A stretch of DNA of 63,825 nt, filler included, from Collodictyon triciliatum (taxonomy: Eukaryota): the NCBI GenBank assembly GCA_043381765.1. It is 8 parts of 8 records of this genome, joined end to end, with 100 filler letters (N's around TTAATTAATTAA, not from the genome) between each part and the next. Parts side by side here need not be neighbours in the genome. Positions count along the whole stretch, not along the records: positions 1 to 8,488 come from JBHJMP010003405.1; positions 8,589 to 17,077 come from JBHJMP010003406.1; 6 more parts are not named here. The stretch is one strand, 5' to 3'. Position 1 is the stretch's first letter; the number at the start of each line of letters is the position of its first letter. The translations under genes were made by a program, and so were the position numbers. Below are positions 1 to 11,588 of the stretch, piece after piece. Below the pieces are notes generated by a model. The model was not told where the DNA came from. It ran no database searches and saw nothing but the letters and a program-made list of their open reading frames with translations.

Positions 1-167
1 GGCAAAAGGGCAAAAGGGCAAAAGGGCAAAAGGGCAAAAGGGCAAAAGAGAAAAGGGCAAAAGGGCAAAAGGGCAAAAGGGCAAAAGGGCAAAAGGGCAA
101 AAGGGCAAAAGGGCAAAAGGGCAAAAGAGAAAAGGGCAAAAGGCAAAAGGCAAAGGCAAGGCAAGGG
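1..167. repeat. (GGGCAAAA)n simple repeat, degenerating to GGCAA
   Basis: Directly visible tandem octamer. Confidence 0.9.
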
Positions 168-276
168 ACATAATGGTGTGACTCAAAGTGAGCATCAACT
201 CCTTTCCCTTCCAAAATAAAATGAAATAAAACGAAAAATTGAACGAAAGGAAATATAGAAGCAGAGTATCTCACGG

Positions 277-1953
277 TTAAGCAGAGTCTGGGTTGCTCGA
301 TTCTTGCGACGTTCCACTTTGATCTGCATTAGGAATCAACCGCAACTCTGTTAAAAAGGCCTCCGAAAACCCTATCGCCCACGCTTCTACTTTATCAGGG
401 GCCACAAGACCCGGGTGGCTTGCGAAGTATTGCAATGCAAAACTGCGGGCTCTTTCAGGGAGGGTAACGTGGTCAATCTGTCGGTCTGAGATCATTTTTT
501 CCTTCATGAATTTGTATGCTATTTCAACCTCTTCAATAGGAACTGATGTACTACACAGGATATCAGGTACGTCTAGTCGGGAGAGAACATCTCCCGTCAA
601 TCTTAAAGATTTTACTTTGGTTGAAAAATTTTCATGATTCTCGGGGGTATATTGTTTCAAGTAATCGAGTAACTCAGATATATTCAAGCCGCTGACATAC
701 TTCTTGGGAATACTTTGTTCTGTGGTGCCAGGTGTGTTAGTTCCGGAGTTCTCCAGGTGTTTCGGCTTAATCTCTTGGTGCGATATTGAGACCAGTCTCT
801 GAGCGTCCTCTTCCGAGATGTGATACGATTTAACTAATTCGCTTAATGTCAATTTCCATTTGATTTCTTTCACTTCGGTCCAGACCTCATTCGCAAATTT
901 TTCAGATAACCGAAAGCACCCGTGGTCATGTAAAAATTCTACTAATTCTCCTTGGTACATATCAAGCAGTGGCGAATAATTTGTGGGGAGCAATCGATTC
1001 ATTTTCACCAAAGATATTTGGTAGTCATTCGCAATCAATTCAGAAAGGTATTGCTTCACAGTATGTAAAGACGGTCGATGCTTATAGTTTTGTTTCCAAC
1101 AAACCTTGATCAGCTGTTGGATTGCAATAGGGACTCCAGGAGGAATAGCAGGCCTCAGTCCCCTAATCACAAAGCTCTGTGGTTGGGATTCACCTAGGAA
1201 GGGTTCAATTCCAGAGAACATGTACCATATCAAAAGGCCTAGTGCGTAAACATTGCTTGACTCCCCTCGATGCCCATAATTTATTCCGTCATCTCCATAC
1301 TTTTCTGGTTCATCAATGTATCTCGGTTTACTGACTATCTCATAGATTTCTGGTGCTTGCCAGTTCCTAGTACCTCCTTGCTTCCAGTCTCCAAATCGTG
1401 TGGGTAGATTTGAACCCACTCTATCTTTTTCGCGTCGACTAACGATTCCAAAATCAACTATTTTAATAACACCCTTATCTGTAACCATGATGTTGTCTCC
1501 CTTTAAGTCCTCGTGATAGATATCTTTAGAATGCATGAAAAGAAGCCCCTCACATATTTGCTTCGAGTAATTGATTACAGACTGGAACTCCAATTTATTC
1601 TCAACCGCCTTGCTTAGGGATTTTCCAGCGTGCTCCATCACCATGTAAAAATCGTTTCCAGAGCAATAGGCTCCGTAGATTTTTACAATATTCTCACAGG
1701 CACGGCAATCGTACAAGAATGTACTCTCGTAAACCAAAGATTCAATTATGTCACCAACAGTGAACGAAGCAGTCTCTTGAATTGTTTGAATCTTGACCAC
1801 GGCTTCTTCACTATCTCCTAGACGCGTCTTGTACACTCTACCAAAAGCACCTTTGGCTAAGTATCCGACTAACTCAACTGGATCGATTTTCATGTACTCC
1901 ACAGCCTTTTCGAGATGCTCCATGTTTTGGGACTTGACAGGAGAAACGATTCT
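277..1953 (-). other. Kinase exon of the Roco gene (TKL-like, non-RD) plus C-terminal SAM-like region
   Basis: Motifs AKGAFGRVYK, AVVK, HEDLKGDN, KIVDFG, GTRNWQAPE and CWKQNYKHRPS. The acceptor tattag|AGA at 1953 is in frame with ORF 277..1923. Confidence 0.9.
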
Positions 1954-4900
1954 CTAATAATAAGTACATAAATAATGAAAAAATTAGAGGTAAAGGGTCT
2001 CCATGAATGTTTTCACCTAAATCAAACATTTTGACAGGATGAATGAACAACAACAAACAAAAACAAACAAACAACAACAAACAACAACAAACAACAACAA
2101 ACAACAACAAACAACAACAAACAACAACAAACAACAACAAACAACAACAAACAAAAACAAACAAAAACAAAGAAAAACAAAGAAAAACAAACAAACAACA
2201 AAAGAAACCTGTCTTCTTCTGTTTTCAGAGAGTCTCCTCGATGAGAAGTCTGAAGAAAAAAATTAGCAAAGATTTAAAATTGATAATAAATCCCCATCAT
2301 ATTGCACAAATTAAAAGGAAGAATAAAAAAAAACATTCATTTCAAAGTACTTAAAATTTTCATTGACTGCACGGAATAGATTGTACTCATAAGTTCTTAA
2401 CTTATTTAATTATTTGTATTTTTTTTTGGAAACGATGATAAACATTAGATACCTGCATCCAATAGGAACGTTTGACCCATTTTCACTTTTTTAATGTCTA
2501 AGGTGTGTCTGTTTTTAAAACATTGAAGTTCTTTACTTCTTAACCTTGGAGATGTCACAATATGCCTGTCATTCTCACTTTGGCACTCATCTTTACACTT
2601 GTAACAAACTAATTGACAACAGCGTATAAAGTTTGATCGAATGACAACGATTCTTTTCCTCAGATATTGAATTACTTTAAATAATTCATAGTCTACCGTC
2701 GATAAATTCTCTCCTGATTTGTTTCTATACTTTCGCACGGTAATTGAAATTTTTTTGTATTTTTTTTCTTTCTTCTTTTCCTCCTCCACTTCCTCATCTT
2801 TTTCTGGAATGATGTGAATGAAAATTCTCAAATCCTCTCCGGGTAATAATTCAATGTCGTCGTCGTAAATGTCTGGAACTGATTCGGGTGACTTTTCCTG
2901 GGTTTTGACGTTGATCAATGCAAAATTCTTGTAAAAATGATTTTCAAAAGAGGCATTCAGAGAAGTGCCTTTGGTCAAGCGTAGTGCGGTGACGATGATG
3001 TTGCTTTTATCAGAGGGCTGTAAATAGCTATGGCAAATCAAATCCACTGAAAGTTCAGACGAGCAATTTGACTCTGGTTTTTTGTTCCATACGCTTTGGA
3101 CATTGAAATTCTCCTCCATAAGTGATGGGAAGGATAAACATTCTTTATTAAAGTGTATACCAAGTCCAAAATGATCAAATATGTAAACTATGACTGAAAA
3201 TACTCGTTCATCAATTTCAATATCAAATTCCTTTTCTATTCTTTGCTTCAGCTGGACGAAAAGGATGACTCCGTTTGAATTTTTCCCGATTCCCTTGAAA
3301 CTGAAAACGCATTTGAAGATATTGATGAGGAATAAGGGATCCAGAAAAATAATACTTTTCATATTTTCATAGGACCAATACCAGATGATTGAGCCTAAAT
3401 CATGCAAAAATTTAAGGGCTGAGATGCATTGCTTTCTCTCAAGTTCGAAAGATTCCTGAGCAAAATTGAAAATATCTTCTACTTTCATGAACCTCTCTTT
3501 CTTGCTTTTTTCCTCGAGGTATTCTTTCAACTGAATGTATGATTTCGGGATGTCCTTATTAACGATATCTAGACTTATTAGCCCAGCATGTATGGCATCT
3601 TTGAGATCATCAATACCCTCACCAGTTTTGCTACTTACTTCAACATCAGTTCTAAAAAACGAAAGGTATTTTTCTTTTCGTGCCTCGTCTTCGTCTTCCA
3701 AGGTATCTCTCGCTCGTTCTCCAGTCTTTCCTTCTTTCTCAGAGGATATCTCAATACCAGAGTCGTGCTGAGGGCCAGAATCTTTATGAATCTCCTTAGG
3801 TTTTTGGTCATAATCTTTCTTTGAATCTTTTTTTCTTTTCTCTTCAATATCCCTCTTCAATTCCTCGATCTCCTTTCTCATTTCATTGGCTGCTTCAGTG
3901 ACTTTTTGGTCTTTCCGAGTTCCTGCAATAATGATTTTTGAACCAGGGGCAAAATCATGAAGCATTTTGATCCAGCGGCTCAGGTTATTTTCCTTCTTTC
4001 CTTTGTCCAGTCTATAGAGGATTAACACGAGGGCCCCAGACGACAAAAAGAATGGATGTGTTACTTGGAATTCATCCTGCCCTCCAAAATCCCAGATTTT
4101 TGCAGATATCTTACTTTTCCATTTACCACCAAGAGATGTTTCATCTATATCTACCGTAGCTATTCCATCTGTTCTATCCCTGTAAGCGTCCACAGTACTT
4201 CTAAAGAAAAAGGATTTTTGCAGTATCGATTTTGTCAGTGTTGTCTTTCCAGTTTCCCCTTCTCCCAGTAAGAGTAATCTCCCTTGTGTCCATTTCTGAA
4301 TTCCTTTGAGCAACCCATCAAGGAAATCCATTACAGACTCGGATCCTCCATTAATTACATTGGACGGTACATTTTCGATCGGATTTCTTTCAACAACTAA
4401 TCCGCTTCTTAGTGTCTTAATTCGAGCAATTATAGAGGGGAGCTCTCTTATCTAAAATATAATCGAAATTAGTAAGATAGAGAAATACTTGCTTCTTCTG
4501 GTTTTGAAAATCAAAATTCAACCTCTCGAAATGATGAGTTTGTATTATTTTGTTTATTTTACTTGGTTGTCGAAGAGATTCAATTTATTGAGTTTTCTCA
4601 GATCGGCAAGAGATTCGGGAATATTGGATATCTAATCAATATTTGATCAGTGTCGTAGTGGTTTATGGGAAGTTGTGTTTCTATTTTTATTCATGAATTT
4701 TTTTACATTAAATGATTTAAATGGAATACATCCTAAAAAATCGTACTCTGTTATATGAAAGATCAAGTTCTTCAAGCAGTGTTAGACCGTAAATACCCAT
4801 GGGTATCTCATTAAGCTATGTAAATTATATTTAGAGATAATTAGTTCACATCAGTGCAAATATATGATGATTCTATTATTCGATTATTGTTCATTTGAAT

Positions 4901-7900
4901 TGAATAAAGGAAAACAAATTACTCGATTGCTGTTCAGCTTGAGTTGCCTTAGGTTCGTAAGCTTTGAAAATGAAACATGCAGTTGCGATATCTAAAAAAT
5001 TATAGAAAAATAAAGATAGAATTTTTTTTTGTTAGTTTCATTCACTGCGTACTAAAATATTTTTTTTTTATTGCTTTCGCATTGAATGATTGATTAAATT
5101 TAAGGACCAAATACTTGGTTTTTGCTGAGGGCTAGTTTTTCAAGATACACCAAAGTACTGATGTTTGCTTCAATACTTGATATCTTGGTAATTAATGTTA
5201 TTTTAACATGAGATTGTACAAATTGTGATATAAATAAATGAAGAAAATCTGGTGCATATGCATATGATTTCGATGACTGGTGAAGCCAACGCAAGCTAAA
5301 ATGAAGCAACCATACCTTGTTATCTGAAGCGTCGATGCTTTCATACTGTTTCCAATCTTCCAACATAGTATGTGTGATACTTTCAATATTGCGGCCTGTA
5401 CTTATCAAACTGAACTGAAGTTTGCCCAGGGCATCAGATATAGACATCTCCATTTCACCGACCTTTTTTTGGTTTCTCCAACAGGGAATTTTTTTAATTC
5501 CCATTGAGCATCGTTTTACATATATTTCACCTTCAATTTCAATCTGAAAATCACTCAAGCGTTCCATTCGGGAAATCCAGACAGGTATGTCTTCTATCTA
5601 TAAGTTATCAATGGTCCAATGAAACCGTCTTATTAGCGATATTATGGTGTTATTTTCTTATTGTACATAAAGTCAGCTCTGGCAAATACAGAAGAATTTT
5701 TTCTTTAAAAAGTAATAAAAAGATACTTGCCTGATTACTTTGTATACATAAAACTGACAAATTAGTCATGGAACTTATACAAACTGGCATCGAGGTGAAC
5801 TATACAATCACTCAATTTAATACGAGATATTATCGGCACACTGTTATGCACAAGATGGTAGACAATATGAATAGCATACCAGATTGTGGTTTATTTTTAG
5901 CATTTCGAGACCGCTAAGTCTGGATAGGGATTCTGGAAGACTCGAAATCTTAATGGAGTTAATGCTAGTGTCAATAAACTGCTTCAAACGATAAATATTG
6001 GCAAAAGAAAAGAGGGAATCTAGTGGCGATACAGTAATAGCATTACATACCTTATTTTCACTGCAAACGAGACCTTTTAAAAGTGTATATGATTCCAAGG
6101 CCCTAGGTATCGTGGATATCTAGCCGATTTCTGTTACAAATTTATCCGAAAAAAATGGCCACATTTTTGTACAGCCAAATATGTAAAGATTAAAAAATGA
6201 TTTCGCAAGATTTAATTAACCTGATTGGATGATAAGTCTATGTATTTAAACGACTTCCATTCTTCGAGCATGTGTGGTGCTATTACAGATATGTTTTCAT
6301 ATTTATGGACAGAAACTAAATCCACGGAACGCAGAAACTCGGAGATGGTCATCTTCATTCCATCGAACTTTGACTCATTGCTCCAACAAGGCATCATTCT
6401 TAATCCCCTGGGACAACGCTTTACGAACGTGCTATCAGTGGTTTCCATCTGAAACTCAGACAGATGAGCCAGTCTCGTAATCCAATAAGGAATCTCTTCG
6501 ATCTGAAGGAAGAGGTTGAATTCGTGAATCGCGCTGTATTAATATATACACTAAAAATTATTTTTGCCTCTTCTTACATCGTTATTTTGTATGTTCAGCG
6601 CTGTTAAGTTCGTAAGGAAGCTCAGAGTTGATGGAACAGATGTAAACTGGATTAGAAGTATATGATAAGAAAATAGTTTCGTATACATAACAACCTCTAT
6701 GATTAACCATAATTATATATTACAGAATTTGCACTAATGTTAAGTCTCCTCAACGAGGTGAGTTCTTTCATGGAATCTGGTATGGATGAGACCTAGGACA
6801 TTCAGATTAGATATGTTGACAACAATTGTAGGTACAATATGTATGTTCGCAAAGCATACCAAGTTTTTCTGAATGCTGAACTCGAGTAAGTTGCTCAATA
6901 GCCTCACTTCATGCGGTATAGACGATATCTGTGTTCCAAAAGGAAAAATTCCATGAAAGAATCCGACGAATGACTTCTTATAAATTTGAAAATGCACTTA
7001 AAGGAAGAAATGAGCCAAACAGTTATTTACCTTGTTCCTGGATACATCCACAATATGGCATCCAATCCAGGAATCAATCTTATCAGTAATATCTTCTAGA
7101 CCTTCATTGATCTCCCGAACATATAGTTCTAAGGACATTAATGCCTTTGAAACACTTATTGTCATATCCCTAATTATGTTATTGTTGCTCCAGCAAGGAA
7201 GGATTTTGATATTTTTAGGGCAGCGTGTGACGGATATAATTCCTTCGCTTTCAACTTGAAGTACTTCAAGCAGTTTCAAGAATTCTATCCAGCTTGGAAC
7301 TTCCTCAATCTATATGCAGGACATGCTTTCTTTTAGACTTACAAATAAGTAACTGAATAAAGAAAAAAAAGGCTTATAAATAAATAAAAAAATCTTTATT
7401 TTGTCACAAATATTTACCAATTTATATATCTATATCCAACCTGATTCTTTTCGATGCATAGTGTGGATATGCTTGTTAATACACTGAGACAAGCCGGTAG
7501 CTCGGTGAACTAAAATCACAAAAGAAAGAACACTTGCTTATTAAGAAATTAACTAAAATAGAATGCATTTAAAATCATTTTTATTGCAAATTAACTGTAT
7601 TCTTCGATATTTTTATACGAGTATTTCCTTTATTGAATTCAAAGTGATTTTGTATGAAAATTAAGCACCTGATTATTTCCCAAGTATAGTTCTACTAAAG
7701 AAGTTAACATCGAAAAAGAATCAGGCAGGGTCGATAGCTATATCAGAATTAAATATGAATCAATATGTATTTACCACGTTATGGATAAGGGCTATGGATG
7801 TTTTGGGAACCTTATTACTGCTGAGATCAAAATTTTGAATTATCTTCAAAAGGGACAATGATTCTGGAAGGAATGAAATCTAATACATAAATAAAAGTAG

Positions 7901-8276
7901 AATATTAAAATAAATAACTTTAAGGGAAATAGTTGAGCTTCCTGGTGGTACGAGATAAGAAAAGCTGACTGATAAAATAAGAAAACGACTTATGTACCTC
8001 GTTATCTGATATATCTACTATTTTGCAATCTATCCATTCATCGACTATGTTCGAAACATCCTTAATATTTTGACTTTTGTAAAATGAAAGCAGATTCAAC
8101 CGGCTCAGAGAGTCTGACACAGATCTGTTCATCCCTGGAAGAATAGCTGTATTTTCCCAACAAGGAAGCTTTTTGATTCCTTTAGGACATGTTTTCAGGA
8201 ATATGTTGCCCCCAAATTCAATTTGAAAGTCACACAAATTCACCAGCCGAGTAATCCACACCGGGATATCATTTAC
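277..8276 (-). CDS. LRRK-like Roco protein, 5'-partial, 20 visible exons, about 1,911 aa: LRR array - ROC GTPase - COR - protein kinase - two putative SAM-like domains
   Basis: Hand-spliced exons in transcription order: 8276-7998, 7879-7811, 7737-7669, 7509-7441, 7309-7031, 6928-6860, 6792-6724, 6646-6578, 6502-6221, 6119-6051, 5948-5880, 5799-5731, 5597-5316, 5183-5115, 4991-4923, 4815-4747, 4631-4563, 4451-2453, 2249-2209, 1953-277. All introns are GT-AG except one GC-AG, and the frame stays open throughout. The join to the kinase is inferred. Confidence 0.85.
2044..2203. repeat. (ACAACAACAA)n intronic simple repeat
   Basis: Directly visible; lies in the intron between the micro-exon and the kinase exon. 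Confidence 0.85.
2453..4451 (-). other. LRR cap + ROC GTPase + COR exon of the Roco gene
   Basis: LRR cap NPIENVPSNVINGGSESVMDFL; P-loop GEGETGKT; RTDGI; WDFGGQDEFQVTHPFFLS; GTRKD; VSSKTGEGI; COR motifs IPKSY, LKFLHDLGSI and FLDPLFL. Confidence 0.92.
4563..8276 (-). other. LRR exon array: thirteen 69-nt one-repeat exons and four 279/282-nt exons, all phase 0
   Basis: Examples: 4563-4631 ISNIPESLADLRKLNKLNLFDNQ; 4747-4815 LNEIPMGIYGLTLLEELDLSYNR; 7669-7737 LSTLPDSFSMLTSLVELYLGNNQ. Each is exactly 69 nt between AG and GT/GC. Confidence 0.92.
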
Positions 8277-8331
8277 CTTATAGATGAAAATTAAGTAAAC
8301 TTAAGCTATTGAAACATTTTTTATATAAAAA

Positions 8332-8377
8332 AGAAAGAGAAAGAGAGAGAGAAAGAGAGAGAAAGAGAGAGAGAAAG

Positions 8378-8408
<31 letters not shown>

Positions 8409-8420
8409 GAAAGAGAGAGA

Positions 8421-8488
<68 letters not shown>

Positions 8489-8588
8489 NNNNNNNNNNNN
8501 NNNNNNNNNNNNNNNNNNNNNNNNNNNNNNNNTTAATTAATTAANNNNNNNNNNNNNNNNNNNNNNNNNNNNNNNNNNNNNNNNNNNN

Positions 8589-8678
<90 letters not shown>
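8332..8678. repeat. (GA)n and (CT)n microsatellites at the two scaffold ends flanking a spacer
   Basis: Directly visible on both sides of the N spacer. Confidence 0.85.
8489..8588. other. Artificial scaffold spacer N44-TTAATTAATTAA-N44
   Basis: The same 100-nt spacer also occurs at 17078-17177, 25657-25756, 34241-34340, 42825-42924, 51403-51502 and 59977-60076. The core has stops in all six frames. Confidence 0.98.
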
Positions 8679-8679
<1 letters not shown>

Positions 8680-8733
8680 GCCCTGATTTTGCCCCTTCTG
8701 AATTGGCGTGATTCCGCACTGCCTTTTCCTCAG

Positions 8734-10154
8734 GTGATGCCTCTGCAAGACCGCCGTGCTGTTTGGGACGAGTGCATTCCCATCGTATCCACTTTGTATA
8801 AGGTATGAATATATATAAACCTCTCAGCTAACAAGATATCATATTATCCTCTCTCAGCACTAGCTCATCCTTGTTTGTGCTCTAACACGGTTCACTTTTT
8901 CATTCAGCACATAGAATTATTCATATAGATGATACCACATTATCTCCCAATATACACATATACAGGACTCTAAAGGTGTTGGATACCAAGTTAAGAATGC
9001 AAAGTTGTTCCTCCGCGATCCAAATCGCGTTGTTGGGACAATTCGTTTAAATATGAGTGATTTTGCTCAAGTTCGTGATTTTATAAACATGAAAGGACAT
9101 ACAAGTGGCTTTCTGGGAGAAACATATTTTCCCCTCCGTCTTCTCATATTGGTATCGCTTAATAATAATCCCAAATGTGCCTCAGACCTCTGGTGTTGAT
9201 ATTCCGCTAGATTTGGAGCTGGAAGAGTATTCAAAGCGACCCAAGCCTCGACCAACTATAAAAGTTTGTGTAATTATAACACGAAAAGGAAATAAACCAT
9301 AATAAAAATACTCCGCCTGGTCAAGATACACCTATCCTTGCCCCGCAATATCAATTATTCAGTGGCACGCTATATCCATGACACCATTTAATTAGGTGAC
9401 CATAACACCGATTTGGCTTAAAGATTACCAACCAGGCGACGCGTACGTGGCTATACTATTTTGAAAATTCATTAGAATATGTTTTGCTAAAAAAAGAAAA
9501 AGAAAAAAGTTAAGATAATCACATCCTATGTTCAATTACAACAGACGACAGAGCGATGTCAGCGACCTCAGTTATATGCAAGACATTGATGAGTCTGGAG
9601 GTGCTAGCAGTGCAGCAGAGCCACAAACATATTCGTACCACAATCAGCTGTATGGTAAAAAACCCGAGGATGAAGAGAATGAAGAGGTACAGCCAATGCA
9701 CAGCGAGAAAGAGAGGCCCCCCTTTGATTTGCTTCACCACCATGTGTAGCAATTAGCCACGTATACTCTTTTTTTTTTTAAAAAAAAAAAATCCTTTACA
9801 GAATGGAGAAAATGAACAAGAACAGGCAGCAGGAGCAGACGTATTAGACCCTGATGCAGTATGGCCTGTATTATTGTTCTTATTTCTTGTCTATTTTAGT
9901 ATCATTTATGAAGTCGCTATGAGGGCTTCTTTTCTTTTTCTTTCTTCTACCATACGGAAGTAATAAGGTCCTATATGTTCTAATCTCACTTGTAAGGCTC
10001 ACATAAAGTGTAAATTTATCTATTTTTTTTTTTTAAAAAAAAAATTCACAACTTTTTTCTTTTCTTTTTCTTCTCTGCGCAGGTCGAGTTTAACTTTGAT
10101 GGGAGTGGTGGCGACGGTGGCGATGGAGGTGATGGCGGCGATGGTGGAGATTAA
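8734..10154 (+). CDS. NT-C2 (EEIG1/EHBP1-type N-terminal C2) domain protein, 5'-partial, multi-exon, acidic tail
   Basis: Spliced peptide VMPLQDRRAVWDECIPIVSTLYK|DSKGVGYQVKNAKLFLRDPNRVVGTIRLNMSDFAQ|TSGVDIPLDLELEEYSKRPKPRPTIK|VTITPIWLKDYQPGDA|RQSDVSDLSYMQDID...VEFNFDGSGGDGGDGGDGGDGGD*. Junctions are GT-AG and in frame. Confidence 0.7.
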
Positions 10155-10939
10155 ATATGTACCATCTGGAATATTTTTCTTTTTGTTCTCAAAAGGAGAG
10201 GAAAGGCTGCGATATGATAAAACATCACCACCACGTGAGTTTGACACTCTCTTACATATGCGATATTAATGGGCGATGTAATTGAGCAATCATTAAACAA
10301 AAAAAAAGCAATAATTAAAAAAAAAAAAAAACAATCACGGTCCTGCACAAAATTGAAAGGAAGAATAAAAAAACAAAAAAACATAAACAAATTCAAAGCA
10401 TAAGATGTTTTGATTATCAATAATGTTTCTTTTCTAATAACCTTTCTTTCAACCGGTGAACAAATCCTGTTCGACCTTAAAATCGGCAGCAAGCAAACTT
10501 AAGTAGAAAAAAAATACTCTGAAGGGCAATGGACAAATCTGACTTTAAGCTCGGCATAGGAAAGCAAGAGGCAACAAAGAAAAAAAAAGAAAGAAAACTA
10601 TCAATTCTGCCATTATTTTCTCCACATCATTTCTATATCTAAAAAAAAAAAACGTGAAAATTCCACCCTCTTTCCTCTGCTTGCTGCTCGCCCTTCTTCG
10701 ATTTCTTCTCTCCATCCCTTTCCCCAGCCACGAAATAATAATAAACACACACAAAAAATCAAATGATATCAATATATACTTTATATTAAGTATGTATTAG
10801 TATCATAAAAAAAAAAGAGGTATAATTCTTTGATTCAGAGTATTCTAAGAATCAGGTCGATTCGCTTGTCCGTTTTCTTAAAATTAAGCGCCTTGTTTGT
10901 TAAATCAGACACCCTCTCTTTCTCTTCTCGACGATCATA

Positions 10940-11192
10940 TTTTCTTTCTTTCTTTTGCTTTTGCTTTTGCTTTTGCTTTTGCTTTTGCTTTTCTTTCTTT
11001 CTTTTTCATTCTTTTCTTTCTCTGTTTTTGCTTTTGCCTTTGCCTTTGCTTTTGCTTTTCTTTCTTTCTTTCTTCCTCTCTTTCTCCTCTTCTCGCCGAT
11101 CATATTTTCTTTCTTTCTTTCTTTCTTTCTTTCCTTCTTTCCTTCTTTCCTTCTTTCCTTCTCTTTCTTTTTTCTTTATCTTTTTCTTTTTT

Positions 11193-11287
<95 letters not shown>

Positions 11288-11316
11288 CTCTATTTTTCTC
11301 TTTCTCTTTCTCTTTT
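10940..11316. repeat. Pyrimidine-rich microsatellite block: (TTTTGC)n and (TTTC)n
   Basis: Directly visible. Confidence 0.85.
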
Positions 11317-11588
11317 GACGATCATCCGACGCCAAAGCCAAGCCACCACAGAATCTCAACACGCCCCCTTGGTCGCCTGACTGGCTTCCCTATATTAACC
11401 CGGCTGGGCGGATCCTTCCTCAGATCACTCCACCCACGCAAGAGATCAGCACAAAGAAGGGACACGATGCACCAACCGTGTGAACTTTTGCTGTCTAAGC
11501 AGCCCCTCCCTCACAAAGAAGGAAAAAAGTAGCGGAACAAATACAGGAAGGAAAAGATATAAACCTCGTTGTCATTCATCATAGGAGG

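Noticed and set aside
1-167. Possible telomere at the window start
   Set aside because: GGGCAAAA is not a C-rich telomeric strand such as CCCTAAA, and similar simple repeats end other scaffolds here.
8533-8544. TTAATTAATTAA palindrome recurring every 8.58 kb as a biological periodic signal
   Set aside because: It is always embedded in exactly 44+44 N; it is an artificial six-frame stop linker.
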